From Escherichia coli (GTDB lineage Bacteria > Pseudomonadota > Gammaproteobacteria > Enterobacterales > Enterobacteriaceae), in the NCBI RefSeq assembly GCF_003019035.1, contig NZ_CP027447.1: a DNA stretch of 64,000 nt; one strand, given 5' to 3'. Positions 30,358 to 41,035 of the stretch are shown here, one piece after another. The notes under the pieces were generated by a model that was given only the letters and a program-made list of their open reading frames with translations, was not told where the DNA came from and searched no databases. A program made the position numbers and the translations under genes. Each line of letters opens with the position of its first letter. Within the stretch, counting starts at the first letter, position 1.

Positions 30358-31806
30358 ATGAAACTTAACGACAGTAACTTATTCCGCCAGCAGGCGTTGA
30401 TTAACGGGGAATGGCTGGACGCCAACAATGGCGAGGTCATCGACGTCACCAATCCGGCGAACGGCGACAAGCTGGGTAGCGTGCCGAAAATGGGCGCTGA
30501 TGAAACCCGCGCCGCTATCGACGCCGCCAACCGCGCCCTGCCCGCCTGGCGTGCGCTCACCGCCAAAGAACGCGCCAACATTCTGCGCAACTGGTTCAAT
30601 TTGATGATGGAGCATCAGGACGATTTAGCGCGCCTGATGACCCTCGAACAGGGCAAACCACTGGCCGAAGCGAAAGGCGAAATCAGCTACGCCGCCTCAT
30701 TTATTGAGTGGTTTGCTGAAGAAGGCAAACGTATTTATGGCGACACCATTCCCGGTCATCAGGCCGATAAACGCCTGATTGTTATCAAGCAGCCGATTGG
30801 CGTCACCGCGGCTATCACGCCGTGGAACTTCCCGGCGGCGATGATTACCCGTAAAGCAGGTCCGGCGCTGGCGGCAGGCTGCACGATGGTGCTGAAGCCC
30901 GCCAGTCAGACGCCGTTCTCTGCGCTGGCGCTGGCAGAATTGGCGATTCGCGCGGGCGTTCCGGCTGGCGTGTTTAACGTGGTCACCGGTTCGGCGGGCG
31001 CGGTCGGTAACGAACTGACCAGCAACCCGCTGGTGCGCAAGCTGTCGTTTACCGGCTCGACCGAAATTGGCCGCCAGTTAATGGAACAGTGCGCGAAAGA
31101 CATCAAGAAAGTGTCGCTGGAGCTGGGCGGCAACGCGCCGTTTATCGTCTTTGACGATGCCGACCTCGACAAAGCCGTGGAAGGCGCACTGGCCTCGAAA
31201 TTCCGCAACGCCGGGCAAACCTGCGTCTGCGCCAACCGTTTATACGTGCAGGACGGCGTGTATGACCGCTTTGCCGAAAAATTACAGCAGGCGGTGAGCA
31301 AACTGCACATCGGCGACGGGCTGGAGAATGGCGTCACCATCGGGCCGCTGATTGATGAAAAAGCGGTAGCAAAAGTGGAAGAGCATATTGCCGATGCGCT
31401 GGAGAAAGGTGCGCGTGTGGTTTGCGGCGGTAAAGCGGATGAACGCGGCGGCAACTTCTTCCAGCCGACCATTCTGGTGGACGTTCCGGCCAACGCCAAA
31501 GTGTCGAAAGAAGAGACGTTCGGCCCCCTTGCCCCGCTATTCCGCTTTAAAGATGAAGCCGATGTGATTGCGCAGGCCAATGACACCGAGTTTGGCCTTG
31601 CCGCCTATTTCTACGCCCGTGATTTAAGCCGCGTCTTCCGCGTGGGCGAAGCGCTGGAGTACGGCATCGTCGGCATCAATACCGGCATTATTTCCAATGA
31701 AGTGGCCCCGTTCGGCGGCATTAAAGCCTCGGGTCTGGGTCGTGAAGGTTCGAAGTATGGCATCGAAGATTACTTAGAAATCAAATATATGTGCATCGGT
31801 CTTTAA
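30358..31806 (+). CDS. gabD: succinate-semialdehyde dehydrogenase (NADP+) GabD
   Basis: 482 aa; aldehyde dehydrogenase motifs (ELGGNAP, catalytic Cys region GQTCVCANR). Confidence 0.95.
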   Translation: MKLNDSNLFRQQALINGEWLDANNGEVIDVTNPANGDKLGSVPKMGADETRAAIDAANRALPAWRALTAKERANILRNWFNLMMEHQDDLARLMTLEQGKPLAEAKGEISYAASFIEWFAEEGKRIYGDTIPGHQADKRLIVIKQPIGVTAAITPWNFPAAMITRKAGPALAAGCTMVLKPASQTPFSALALAELAIRAGVPAGVFNVVTGSAGAVGNELTSNPLVRKLSFTGSTEIGRQLMEQCAKDIKKVSLELGGNAPFIVFDDADLDKAVEGALASKFRNAGQTCVCANRLYVQDGVYDRFAEKLQQAVSKLHIGDGLENGVTIGPLIDEKAVAKVEEHIADALEKGARVVCGGKADERGGNFFQPTILVDVPANAKVSKEETFGPLAPLFRFKDEADVIAQANDTEFGLAAYFYARDLSRVFRVGEALEYGIVGINTGIISNEVAPFGGIKASGLGREGSKYGIEDYLEIKYMCIGL

Positions 31807-31819
31807 CTGGAGAACGCGA

Positions 31820-33100
31820 ATGAGCAGCAATAAAGAGTTAATGCAGCGCCGTAGTCAGGCAGTTCCTCGTGGCGTTGGGCAAATTCACCCCATTTTCGCT
31901 GACCGCGCGGAAAACTGCCGGGTGTGGGACGTTGAAGGCCGTGAGTATCTTGATTTCGCGGGCGGCATTGCGGTGCTCAATACCGGGCACCTGCATCCGA
32001 AAGTGGTTGCGGCGGTGGAAGCGCAGTTGAAAAAGCTGTCGCACACCTGCTTCCAGGTGCTGGCTTACGAACCGTATCTGGAGCTGTGCGAGATTATGAA
32101 TCAGAAGGTGCCGGGAGATTTCGCCAAAAAAACGCTGCTGGTAACGACCGGTTCTGAAGCGGTGGAGAACGCGGTGAAAATCGCCCGCGCCGCCACCAAA
32201 CGCAGCGGGACCATCGCCTTTAGCGGTGCATATCACGGGCGTACGCACTACACGCTGGCGCTGACCGGCAAGGTAAATCCGTACTCTGCGGGTATGGGGC
32301 TGATGCCAGGCCATGTTTATCGCGCGCTTTATCCTTGCCCGCTGCACGGCATCAGTGAAGATGACGCTATCGCCAGCATCCACCGGATCTTCAAAAATGA
32401 CGCCGCGCCGGAAGATATCGCAGCCATCGTGATTGAGCCCGTTCAGGGCGAAGGCGGTTTCTACGCCGCGACGCCAGCCTTTATGCAGCGTTTACGCGCT
32501 CTGTGTGACGAGCACGGGATCATGCTGATTGCCGATGAAGTGCAGAGCGGCGCGGGGCGTACCGGCACGCTGTTTGCGATGGAGCAGATGGGCGTTGCGC
32601 CGGATCTTACCACCTTTGCGAAATCGATCGCGGGCGGCTTCCCGCTGGCGGGCGTCACCGGGCGCGCGGAAGTGATGGATGCCGTCGCTCCAGGCGGTCT
32701 GGGCGGCACCTATGCCGGTAACCCGATTGCCTGCGTAGCGGCGCTGGAAGTGTTGAAGGTGTTCGAGCGGGAAAATCTGCTGCAGAAAGCCAACGTTCTG
32801 GGGCAGAAGCTGAAAGACGGATTGCTGGCGATCGCCGAAAAACACCCGGAGATCGGCGACGTACGCGGGCTGGGGGCGATGATCGCCATCGAGCTGTTTG
32901 AAGATAGCGATCCCAGCAAACCGGACGCAAAACTCACCGCCGAGATCGTGGCACGCGCCCGCGATAAGGGTCTGATTCTTCTCTCCTGCGGCCCGTATTA
33001 CAACGTGCTGCGCATCCTTGTACCGCTCACCATTGAAGACGCTCAGATCCGTCAGGGTCTGGAGATCATCAGCCAGTGTTTTGCTGAGGCGAAGCTGTAG
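31820..33100 (+). CDS. gabT: 4-aminobutyrate aminotransferase GabT
   Basis: 426 aa; class III aminotransferase; matches E. coli GabT. Confidence 0.95.
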   Translation: MSSNKELMQRRSQAVPRGVGQIHPIFADRAENCRVWDVEGREYLDFAGGIAVLNTGHLHPKVVAAVEAQLKKLSHTCFQVLAYEPYLELCEIMNQKVPGDFAKKTLLVTTGSEAVENAVKIARAATKRSGTIAFSGAYHGRTHYTLALTGKVNPYSAGMGLMPGHVYRALYPCPLHGISEDDAIASIHRIFKNDAAPEDIAAIVIEPVQGEGGFYAATPAFMQRLRALCDEHGIMLIADEVQSGAGRTGTLFAMEQMGVAPDLTTFAKSIAGGFPLAGVTGRAEVMDAVAPGGLGGTYAGNPIACVAALEVLKVFERENLLQKANVLGQKLKDGLLAIAEKHPEIGDVRGLGAMIAIELFEDSDPSKPDAKLTAEIVARARDKGLILLSCGPYYNVLRILVPLTIEDAQIRQGLEIISQCFAEAKL

Positions 33101-33104
33101 CACC

Positions 33105-33250
33105 GCACCATGCCGGAGGCGACGCTTTGCGGCTTGTCCGGCCTACGAGAATCCAGGTCGGATAAGGCGTTTACGCCGCATCCGACAATCTGTACGTGAA
33201 CAGGAATAAATCTATGTCGGCCGGATAAGGCGGAGCCGCTCTCCGGCAAA
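33105..33250. repeat. REP/BIME palindromic elements in the gabT-gabP intergenic region
   Basis: GGCCTAC...GGATAAGGCGTTTACGCCGCATCCGAC and GCCGGATAAGGCGGAGCCGC units typical of enterobacterial REP sequences. Confidence 0.7.
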
Positions 33251-33336
33251 AAGAACCAATAACAATTAAACGCGTGACCCGACGCGGGAAATGTCGGGGC
33301 GCTCTCCCAAGTGACACACTTTCGAGAGGATTCAGG

Positions 33337-34737
33337 ATGGGGCAATCATCGCAACCACATGAGTTAGGCGGCGGGCTGAAGTCACGCCACGTCACCATGT
33401 TGTCTATTGCCGGTGTTATCGGCGCAAGTCTGTTTGTCGGTTCCAGCGTCGCCATCGCCGAAGCGGGCCCGGCGGTATTACTGGCCTATCTGTTCGCCGG
33501 ATTACTGGTGGTTATGATTATGCGGATGTTGGCGGAAATGGCGGTTGCCACGCCCGATACCGGTTCGTTTTCCACCTATGCCGATAAAGCCATTGGCCGT
33601 TGGGCGGGCTATACCATCGGCTGGTTGTACTGGTGGTTTTGGGTACTGGTTATCCCACTGGAAGCCAACATCGCCGCCATGATCCTGCACTCGTGGGTTC
33701 CAGGCATTCCCATCTGGTTATTTTCCCTGGTCATTACCCTCGCCTTGACTGGCAGTAATTTATTAAGCGTTAAAAACTACGGCGAATTTGAGTTCTGGCT
33801 GGCGCTGTGCAAAGTCATCGCTATCCTGGCCTTTATTTTCCTTGGTGCAGTCGCAATTAGCGGTTTTTACCCTTATGCCGAAGTGAGCGGGATCTCAAGA
33901 TTGTGGGATAGCGGCGGCTTTATGCCCAACGGCTTCGGTGCGGTATTAAGCGCGATGTTGATCACCATGTTCTCGTTTATGGGCGCAGAAATTGTCACTA
34001 TTGCCGCCGCGGAATCTGACACGCCGGAAAAACATATTGTCCGCGCCACCAACTCGGTTATCTGGCGTATTTCTATCTTCTATTTGTGCTCTATTTTTGT
34101 CGTCGTGGCATTAATACCGTGGAATATGCCGGGGCTGAAAGCCGTTGGATCTTATCGCTCGGTTCTGGAGTTGCTCAATATTCCCCATGCGAAATTAATC
34201 ATGGACTGCGTGATATTACTTTCCGTAACCAGTTGCCTGAACTCGGCGCTGTATACCGCTTCCAGAATGCTCTACTCCTTAAGCCGTCGCGGTGATGCGC
34301 CCGCGGTAATGGGTAAAATCAACCGCAGTAAAACCCCGTATGTGGCGGTATTACTCTCCACCGGCGCGGCATTTTTAACGGTGGTGGTGAATTATTACGC
34401 GCCTGCGAAAGTGTTTAAATTTCTGATCGACAGCTCCGGTGCTATCGCCCTGCTGGTTTATTTAGTCATCGCCGTTTCACAATTGCGGATGCGCAAAATT
34501 CTGCGAGCAGAAGGAAGCGAAATTCGCCTGCGGATGTGGCTTTATCCGTGGCTCACCTGGCTGGTCATCGGCTTTATTACCTTTGTGTTGGTAGTGATGC
34601 TATTCCGCCCGGCGCAACAGTTAGAAGTGATCTCCACCGGCTTATTAGCGATAGGGATTATCTGTACCGTGCCAATTATGGCTCGCTGGAAAAAGCTGAT
34701 AATGTGGCAAAAAACACCCATTCATAATACGCGCTGA
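33337..34737 (+). CDS. gabP: GABA permease GabP (APC family)
   Basis: Translation from MGQSSQPHELGGGLKSRHVTMLSIAGVIG (466 aa); 12 TM-type profile. Confidence 0.95.
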   Translation: MGQSSQPHELGGGLKSRHVTMLSIAGVIGASLFVGSSVAIAEAGPAVLLAYLFAGLLVVMIMRMLAEMAVATPDTGSFSTYADKAIGRWAGYTIGWLYWWFWVLVIPLEANIAAMILHSWVPGIPIWLFSLVITLALTGSNLLSVKNYGEFEFWLALCKVIAILAFIFLGAVAISGFYPYAEVSGISRLWDSGGFMPNGFGAVLSAMLITMFSFMGAEIVTIAAAESDTPEKHIVRATNSVIWRISIFYLCSIFVVVALIPWNMPGLKAVGSYRSVLELLNIPHAKLIMDCVILLSVTSCLNSALYTASRMLYSLSRRGDAPAVMGKINRSKTPYVAVLLSTGAAFLTVVVNYYAPAKVFKFLIDSSGAIALLVYLVIAVSQLRMRKILRAEGSEIRLRMWLYPWLTWLVIGFITFVLVVMLFRPAQQLEVISTGLLAIGIICTVPIMARWKKLIMWQKTPIHNTR

Positions 34738-34757
34738 TAATGATCAGGAGTCACACC

Positions 34758-35420
34758 ATGACCATTACCTCTCTGGATGGCTATCGCTGGCTGAAGAACG
34801 ATATTATTCGCGGCAATTTTCAGCCGGATGAAAAATTACGGATGAGTTTGCTGACATCGCGTTATGCACTTGGCGTTGGGCCGTTGCGGGAAGCGCTTTC
34901 GCAACTGGTGGCAGAACGACTGGTCACGGTGGTGAATCAAAAAGGGTATCGGGTGGCGTCTATGTCAGAGCAAGAGCTGCTCGATATTTTCGATGCCCGC
35001 GCCAATATGGAAGCGATGTTGGTGAATCTGGCGATTGCCCGCGGTGGCGATGAATGGGAGGCAGACGTTCTTGCGAAGGCGCATCTGCTCAGTAAGCTGG
35101 AGGCCTGTGACGCCAGTGAGAAAATGCTTGATGAGTGGGATCTTCGTCATCAGGCGTTTCATACTGCAATTGTGGCGGGCTGTGGTTCTCACTATTTGCT
35201 GCAAATGCGTGAACGGTTGTTTGATCTGGCGGCGCGCTATCGATTTATCTGGCTGCGGCGAACAGTGCTTTCGGTGGAAATGCTGGAGGATAAACACGAT
35301 CAGCACCAGACCCTGACTGCGGCGGTACTGGCGCGAGATACCGCGCGCGCCAGTGAGTTAATGCGCCAGCATTTACTGACGCCAATTCCCATTATCCAGC
35401 AGGCGATGGCTGGCAATTAA
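34758..35420 (+). CDS. csiR: GntR-family transcriptional repressor CsiR (GabC)
   Basis: Translation from MTITSLDGYRWLKNDIIRGNF; 220 aa; ATG at 34758. Confidence 0.9.
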   Translation: MTITSLDGYRWLKNDIIRGNFQPDEKLRMSLLTSRYALGVGPLREALSQLVAERLVTVVNQKGYRVASMSEQELLDIFDARANMEAMLVNLAIARGGDEWEADVLAKAHLLSKLEACDASEKMLDEWDLRHQAFHTAIVAGCGSHYLLQMRERLFDLAARYRFIWLRRTVLSVEMLEDKHDQHQTLTAAVLARDTARASELMRQHLLTPIPIIQQAMAGN

Positions 35421-35870
35421 CTACTCTTCAGGAATACGCAACACTTGCCCCGGGTAAATTTTATCCGGGCTTTTTAGCATCGGTTTATTCGCTTCGAAGA
35501 TTTTATTGTACAGATTGGCGTTACCGTAGACCTGTTTGGAAATGGCACTCAGAGTGTCGCCAGACTTAACGGTATAAAACTGGCTGGCAGTGGCTGGTGT
35601 CGTCGTTTTCACCTGATCATCGACACTGGCAATACCGGAAATATTCCCCACCGCAACAAGGATTTTCTCCTTCGCCTCCTGACTCAGGCCGTCACCCGTG
35701 ACCGTCGCTTTGCCGTCGGCAATTTGAATATTCACTTTATCGGCATCAGGTATACCGGTTTTGTTCAGATGCTCCTGCACCTTCTTCGCCTGATCGTCTT
35801 TATCGTGCAGACCTGTAACCGCGTCCCAGAGTTTTTCTCCGGCATCTTTCACAAAATTGAACAGACCCAT
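35421..35870 (-). CDS. ygaU: potassium-binding protein Kbp (YgaU), BON plus LysM domains
   Basis: Translation [20 protein letters not shown]...; C-terminal LysM ([18 protein letters not shown]). Confidence 0.9.
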   Translation of the reverse strand: MGLFNFVKDAGEKLWDAVTGLHDKDDQAKKVQEHLNKTGIPDADKVNIQIADGKATVTGDGLSQEAKEKILVAVGNISGIASVDDQVKTTTPATASQFYTVKSGDTLSAISKQVYGNANLYNKIFEANKPMLKSPDKIYPGQVLRIPEE

Positions 35871-35953
35871 AGCTACCTCATTCGTTAACGGAAACACTCA
35901 GAAAGTGTAGCAGAGGAACGCGGCGCGTTAACGCCGCGGGGGTGAACACAGAT

Positions 35954-36112
35954 TTAATCGCGGGTTTGCACCCAAAACGCGTGAATCAAACCGGGGATAT
36001 ACCCAAGCAGTGTCAGCAGAATATTAATAATGAACGCCCAACCGAACCCTTTACCGAGCAGCACGCCGAGCGGCGGCAGAATGATGGTGATGACGATTCT
36101 CCAGAAACCCAT
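35954..36112 (-). CDS. yqaE: Pmp3/UPF0057-family small membrane protein YqaE
   Basis: Minus-strand translation MGFWRIVITIILPPLGVLLGKGFGWAFIINILLTLLGYIPGLIHAFWVQTRD (52 aa); not in the ORF track (below length cut-off); the + strand ORF 35942..36127 is its antisense artefact. Confidence 0.85.
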   Translation of the reverse strand: MGFWRIVITIILPPLGVLLGKGFGWAFIINILLTLLGYIPGLIHAFWVQTRD

Positions 36113-36294
36113 ATGTACTCCCTATAAGAAAATTACTCATTGTTTAAAAAGAGATTTTATCTCTTAAGCGTAGTAATTTTAGCGGAGCCTGCCAGTTTCA
36201 GCTTACGCTTTTACTCTCATTTACGCTGCTGAGGCTGGTATATGTTGCATTTTTAGTTTAGAGTTTGCTTAATTTAGAAAATACTTAAATAACT

Positions 36295-36594
36295 ATGACT
36301 GAACTCGCGCAATTACAGGCCAGTGCCGAACAGGCAGCGGCCTTATTGAAAGCAATGAGCCACCCTAAACGGTTGCTGATTCTGTGCATGCTTAGCGGTT
36401 CCCCCGGCACCAGCGCGGGAGAGCTGACTCGCATTACCGGACTGAGTGCCTCTGCGACATCACAGCATCTCGCTCGTATGCGGGACGAAGGGCTTATCGA
36501 CAGCCAACGGGATGCCCAACGCATTCTATATTCCATTAAAAATGAGGCGGTAAATGCCATTATCGCCACCCTGAAAAATGTCTATTGTCCGTAA
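36295..36594 (+). CDS. ygaV: ArsR/SmtB-family transcriptional regulator YgaV
   Basis: 99 aa; HTH with ELTRITGLSASATSQHLARMRDEGL. Confidence 0.9.
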   Translation: MTELAQLQASAEQAAALLKAMSHPKRLLILCMLSGSPGTSAGELTRITGLSASATSQHLARMRDEGLIDSQRDAQRILYSIKNEAVNAIIATLKNVYCP

Positions 36595-36603
36595 GGAGTC
36601 ACT

Positions 36604-37128
36604 ATGGCTTTGACAACCATTTCGCCGCATGATGCACAAGAATTAATCGCACGCGGCGCAAAGTTAATCGATATTCGTGACGCTGATGAATATCTTCGTG
36701 AACATATTCCTGAAGCAGATCTGGCTCCATTATCCGTACTGGAACAGTCAGGTCTTCCGCCTAAATTACGTCGCGAGCAAATTATATTCCACTGCCAGGC
36801 AGGTAAACGCACCAGTAATAACGCCGATAAATTAGCAGCGATTGCCGCCCCCGCAGAAATCTTTTTACTCGAAGATGGGATTGATGGCTGGAAAAAAGCA
36901 GGATTACCAGTAGCGGTAAATAAATCTCAACCCTTGCCGTTAATGCGCCAGGTGCAGATCGCTGCGGGTGGTTTAATATTAATCGGCGTTATACTGGGTT
37001 ATACCGTAAATAGCGGTTTCTTCTTATTAAGCGGCTTTGTTGGTGCCGGGTTACTGTTTGCAGGAATTAGCGGTTTTTGTGGGATGGCAAGGTTGTTAGA
37101 TAAGATGCCGTGGAACCAACGAGCTTGA
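36604..37128 (+). CDS. ygaP: membrane-anchored rhodanese-domain sulfurtransferase YgaP
   Basis: 174 aa; rhodanese active-site CQAGKR; C-terminal TM helices. Confidence 0.9.
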   Translation: MALTTISPHDAQELIARGAKLIDIRDADEYLREHIPEADLAPLSVLEQSGLPPKLRREQIIFHCQAGKRTSNNADKLAAIAAPAEIFLLEDGIDGWKKAGLPVAVNKSQPLPLMRQVQIAAGGLILIGVILGYTVNSGFFLLSGFVGAGLLFAGISGFCGMARLLDKMPWNQRA

Positions 37129-37135
37129 GAAGAGA

Positions 37136-37168
37136 CGCCGGACGCGCCATAGCGGCGGCATCCGGCCT
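37136..37168. repeat. REP element between ygaP and stpA
   Basis: GCCGGACGCGCCATAGCGGCGGCATCCGGCC palindromic unit. Confidence 0.6.
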
Positions 37169-37174
37169 CAGTAA

Positions 37175-37579
37175 TTAGATCAGGAAATCGTCGAGAGATT
37201 TACCTTCTGCCAGCGCCTGAGCGATTGGCTTCGGTGTACGGCCCTGACCGGTCCAGGTTTTAGTTTCACCGTTAACATCGGTGAATTTATATTTCGCCGG
37301 ACGCGGCTGGCGTTTTTTACCAGCGCGTGGGGCAGCCGCAGAGTTATTACCCAATAACTCTTCCGGGTTAATTCCGTCAGCTTTCATCAGCTCCAGCCAG
37401 GTGCTAATTTTTTCCTGGCGCTCTGCCAGCTCACGCTGCTGCTGTTCTTCTTCTTCACGTCTTTCTTTAGTGACAACCCTGAATTTTTCGAGCATTTCTT
37501 CAAGAACGTCAATGGAGAATTCGCGAGCCATCGCACGGAGAGTGCGAATGTTATTTAAACTTTGTAACATTACGGACAT
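37175..37579 (-). CDS. stpA: H-NS paralogue StpA (DNA-binding / RNA chaperone)
   Basis: 134 aa; translation [32 protein letters not shown]... matches StpA. Confidence 0.95.
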   Translation of the reverse strand: MSVMLQSLNNIRTLRAMAREFSIDVLEEMLEKFRVVTKERREEEEQQQRELAERQEKISTWLELMKADGINPEELLGNNSAAAPRAGKKRQPRPAKYKFTDVNGETKTWTGQGRTPKPIAQALAEGKSLDDFLI

Positions 37580-38245
37580 AATAAAGAAAACCTTTTAACG
37601 CCAAAACAAAAAAGTATTTCGTCGCGTAGTGTAAGCGATCACTTATTATATTTCCACAAAATTTAATCTATTTACAGTCCTGCACGAGATTATTTCAGCT
37701 GTTATTTTCTGAAACTCTCAGAATAATTTCAAGATTATATATTAGCCATTTTGATGAGTAATTTCGGTTATTGGTGAACAGAGCGGCGCTCTCTGCTCGC
37801 TAATTCCGCAAGCCTGACAAAACCAAAGTGAATAAAAATGCAACTCAACAGAATAAAAGAAAACATCACTCACTGGTGCTTTCTGCTGTCAATGTACGTT
37901 ATCTGGCATAAAAAATGCTGAAAATGACCCGGTCACGACATACACCGAATTCTCTACGCTTATAGCGTTACCTCCCCCCAAACCTTCATGAGTGAAAATA
38001 AAGGTAAACACATATCCAATTGATTTAATTAAAAATAAATCATATCGGCATGTAAAAATCCACAATGTACAAAAAACGCGCCGTTACGGAATATTTTATC
38101 TACAAAAACAGATTAAATAAAAATTTTTCACTAATTGATTAGTCATAGCCAGCGATATACGCTATGCGAAAATGCAGATGGCAATGAGATCCACTGCTTT
38201 CACCTCCATTAACATCCCATTACGCTTTTATTAAGGAGCATTAGC

Positions 38246-38695
38246 ATGTTCTCACCGCAGTCACGCTTGCGTCATGCAGTTGCAGATACGTTCGCGATGG
38301 TTGTTTACTGTTCTGTCGTGAACATGTGTATTGAAGTTTTCCTCTCCGGAATGAGCTTCGAACAGTCTTTTTATTCCAGATTGGTAGCGATTCCGGTGAA
38401 CATCTTAATTGCATGGCCATACGGTATGTACCGCGATCTGTTTATGCGCGCAGCACGCAAAGTTAGCCCGTCGGGCTGGATAAAAAATCTGGCGGATATC
38501 ATGGCTTATGTGACGTTCCAGTCACCGGTGTATGTGGCGATCTTGTTAGTGGTGGGCGCAGACTGGCATCAGATTATGGCGGCAGTCAGTTCAAACATCG
38601 TTGTTTCGATGTTGATGGGGGCGGTTTATGGCTACTTCCTCGATTATTGCCGCCGACTGTTTAAAGTCAGCCGTTACCAGCAGGTAAAAGCCTGA
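38246..38695 (+). CDS. alaE: L-alanine exporter AlaE (YgaW)
   Basis: 149 aa; multi-TM; matches E. coli AlaE. Confidence 0.9.
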   Translation: MFSPQSRLRHAVADTFAMVVYCSVVNMCIEVFLSGMSFEQSFYSRLVAIPVNILIAWPYGMYRDLFMRAARKVSPSGWIKNLADIMAYVTFQSPVYVAILLVVGADWHQIMAAVSSNIVVSMLMGAVYGYFLDYCRRLFKVSRYQQVKA

Positions 38696-38704
38696 CCCTT
38701 CTTT

Positions 38705-38733
38705 TCGCGACTGGCATCGCCAGTCGCGTCTTT
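38705..38733. terminator. bidirectional terminator between alaE and ygaC
   Basis: Hairpin CGCGACTGGC-atc-GCCAGTCGCG with flanking T-rich sequence. Confidence 0.55.
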
Positions 38734-39076
38734 AACTGGCTTCGCCAAATAAACCATTCAAATAACGTTCAAGCGCAACACGCGAACTAAAGCCATGTGG
38801 GATACCGTAATGCTCATGACGTTCACCCGCTAAATAGAGCGGAAATTGCTGGTAATGATCGCAAGTTTTAATATCGGAAGCGGGTTCAGCCAGTGTTGAA
38901 CTACGTTCTTTTAATGTTGGATGAATCACCAGGGCGGTACGTCCCATTCGCGCTTCGCGATTAACATAGACATAATTTTCCCCACGGCGGTAACCATACG
39001 CTTTCTGGGTTACCACATCGACAGTAAAACCGACTTTTTCAAGTACGCGCGCCACCTCGTCTGGTCGTAAATACAT
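38732..39076 (-). CDS. ygaC: uncharacterised protein YgaC (DUF2002)
   Basis: 114 aa; matches remembered E. coli YgaC ([20 protein letters not shown]...). Confidence 0.85.
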
Positions 39077-39227
39077 ATTTGATCCTCGTTATTATCAACC
39101 GCGGGCCTACCTTACCTGATTGCGCATTCACAACGCTTTCAGAAAAGTCCATAAAGCCGCGATGAACCTCAGTTAAGAAAATTATGGTCTACACTGAAAA
39201 TTACATCGAATTCTAATGGGGGATCAT

Positions 39228-39557
39228 ATGTTTAACCGACCGAACCGCAACGACGTTGATGATGGCGTGCAGGATATCCAGAATGATGTCAATCAATTAG
39301 CTGACAGTCTCGAATCTGTATTGAAGTCCTGGGGCAGCGACGCCAAAGGGGAAGCCGAAGCCGCTCGTAGTAAAGCGCAGGCTCTACTGAAAGAAACCAG
39401 GGCGCGGATGCATGGTCGTACTCGCGTCCAGCAAGCCGCGCGCGATGCCGTTGGCTGCGCGGATTCTTTTGTTCGTGAAAGACCCTGGTGTAGTGTGGGT
39501 ACAGCGGCAGCGGTGGGTATTTTTATCGGCGCACTGTTAAGCATGCGCAAATCGTAG
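39228..39557 (+). CDS. ygaM: ribosome/membrane-associated protein YgaM (ElaB family, C-terminal TM anchor)
   Basis: Translation from MFNRPNRNDVDDGVQDIQ (109 aa); ATG at 39228. Confidence 0.9.
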   Translation: MFNRPNRNDVDDGVQDIQNDVNQLADSLESVLKSWGSDAKGEAEAARSKAQALLKETRARMHGRTRVQQAARDAVGCADSFVRERPWCSVGTAAAVGIFIGALLSMRKS

Positions 39558-39587
39558 TGCAAAAATGATAATAAATACGCGTCTTTG

Positions 39588-39616
39588 ACCCCGAAGCCTG
39601 GCTTCGGGGTTTTTTA
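39588..39616. terminator. bidirectional terminator after ygaM
   Basis: Hairpin CCCCGAAGCC-tg-GCTTCGGGG followed by TTTTTT. Confidence 0.65.
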
Positions 39617-40948
39617 GCTTAAGGCTTTACGTAATTGTTGTGCTACCTGTCGCGCCATACCTTCGTTAACGATATTAGTAAACGAAAGCAGTAATCCACC
39701 TTCCCCACTTGAACGGATACGCCAGTCGCTAAGTGCCTGCACCGCAAGGCCTGCAGCATTGGCTTTACGCGCATGGGCAATATCATCGCCTATCATTCTG
39801 ATCACCATCTGGATACCACCTTTCTGCGGCACAACCTGAAATCCTTGCTGCGTCAACGCTTGCTCAATCCATTGCCGACGTTGAGCATAATGCTGACGCA
39901 TTTTCTTCAGATGCCGCCAGAAATGCCCCTCGCGAAGAAAGTCTGCCAGTGTGTTCTGCCATAGAACAGGTACCGCACATGGAGCCAGTGACGCCTGGTG
40001 GCGGAATTGTGCAATTTGCTTCACCGGCACCACCAGCCACGCACAGCGCAATGCAGGAAATAGCGCTTTGCTGAATGTTCCGGCATAAATTACCCGCTGC
40101 GGTGCGTCGAGACTTTTCAACGCCGGTAACGGCTTACCGTGATAGCGAAACTCACTGTCATAATCATCTTCAATAATCCATGCCTGACTACGATCTGCCC
40201 ATTCCAGTATCTGATGCCTGCGCGCTAAAGAGAGCGCCACACCCAGCGGACTTTGGTGTGCTGGTGTTATCAGGGCAAAACGCGCATCAGGATAATTTTG
40301 TATTCCGCTTGTGATATCCAGTCCATTGTCATCAACCGGCACAGGCAAAATTTCCACATCATGGCGAGTGACAATCGGGCGAATCAGTGGAAAGCCGGGA
40401 TCTTCTATCCACATCCCGTTTCCCGGTTTCGCCAGCGCGTGCAGAATTAAAGCTATTGAGGCCGCATAACCGTGAGTGATAAAGACCTGCTCTGGCTGAC
40501 AATCAATCCCACGTGAAACGCGTAAGTAATCAACTATTGCCTCGCGCAACGCCACCTCACCGCAAACATCGCCTAACGCCAAATCAAAGCGCGTCTGGGT
40601 ACGAAGGCGACGCCCCATCACCCGCGCCCACAGCTCTCGCGGAAAGAGATCGAGTGCGGGTAATCCCATTTGAAATGGCAACGGTTGCTGACTTTCACCG
40701 GCAAAAGCTACAACTTGTACAGTAGATTGTTGCGGATATATCCGCTCACTGACAAATGTGCCAGCCTGTCCCCGCCTGATCAGCCATCCTTGCGCCACCA
40801 GCTCAGCATACGCATTTTCGACAGTGGAACGAGACACCCCCAGCTCCTGCGACCAGGTACGACTTGAAGGCAGCCTTGCGCCGGGTTTCAGTTCCCCTTG
40901 CTCAATAGCCGTTTTTAACTGACGGGCGATATCCTGATAGCGCGGCAT
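39614..40948 (-). CDS. MocR/GabR-type transcriptional regulator (GntR HTH fused to a PLP-dependent aminotransferase-fold domain)
   Basis: 444 aa; N-terminal GntR-type HTH (LPSSRTWSQELGVSRSTVENAYAELVAQGW); C-terminal fold-type I aminotransferase domain with putative PLP-lysine in GTFSKALFP. Not present between ygaM and nrdH in K-12 as far as I recall. Confidence 0.75.
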   Translation of the reverse strand: MPRYQDIARQLKTAIEQGELKPGARLPSSRTWSQELGVSRSTVENAYAELVAQGWLIRRGQAGTFVSERIYPQQSTVQVVAFAGESQQPLPFQMGLPALDLFPRELWARVMGRRLRTQTRFDLALGDVCGEVALREAIVDYLRVSRGIDCQPEQVFITHGYAASIALILHALAKPGNGMWIEDPGFPLIRPIVTRHDVEILPVPVDDNGLDITSGIQNYPDARFALITPAHQSPLGVALSLARRHQILEWADRSQAWIIEDDYDSEFRYHGKPLPALKSLDAPQRVIYAGTFSKALFPALRCAWLVVPVKQIAQFRHQASLAPCAVPVLWQNTLADFLREGHFWRHLKKMRQHYAQRRQWIEQALTQQGFQVVPQKGGIQMVIRMIGDDIAHARKANAAGLAVQALSDWRIRSSGEGGLLLSFTNIVNEGMARQVAQQLRKALS

Positions 40949-41035
40949 ATGGTCTGCTTTTTTAGGTAATTTATGGCTCTCTTTAGCAGTCCATTATAGT
41001 GCTACATTGCGGGCGTTAATAAGAGGAGAAACTGT

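Noticed and set aside
30906-33103. 226-aa and 203-aa minus-strand ORFs
   Set aside because: Antisense to gabD and gabT; GC-rich coding regions commonly yield long antisense frames.
35942-36127. 61-aa plus-strand ORF between ygaU and ygaV
   Set aside because: The real gene is yqaE on the minus strand (52 aa, Pmp3 family); the plus-strand ORF is its antisense.
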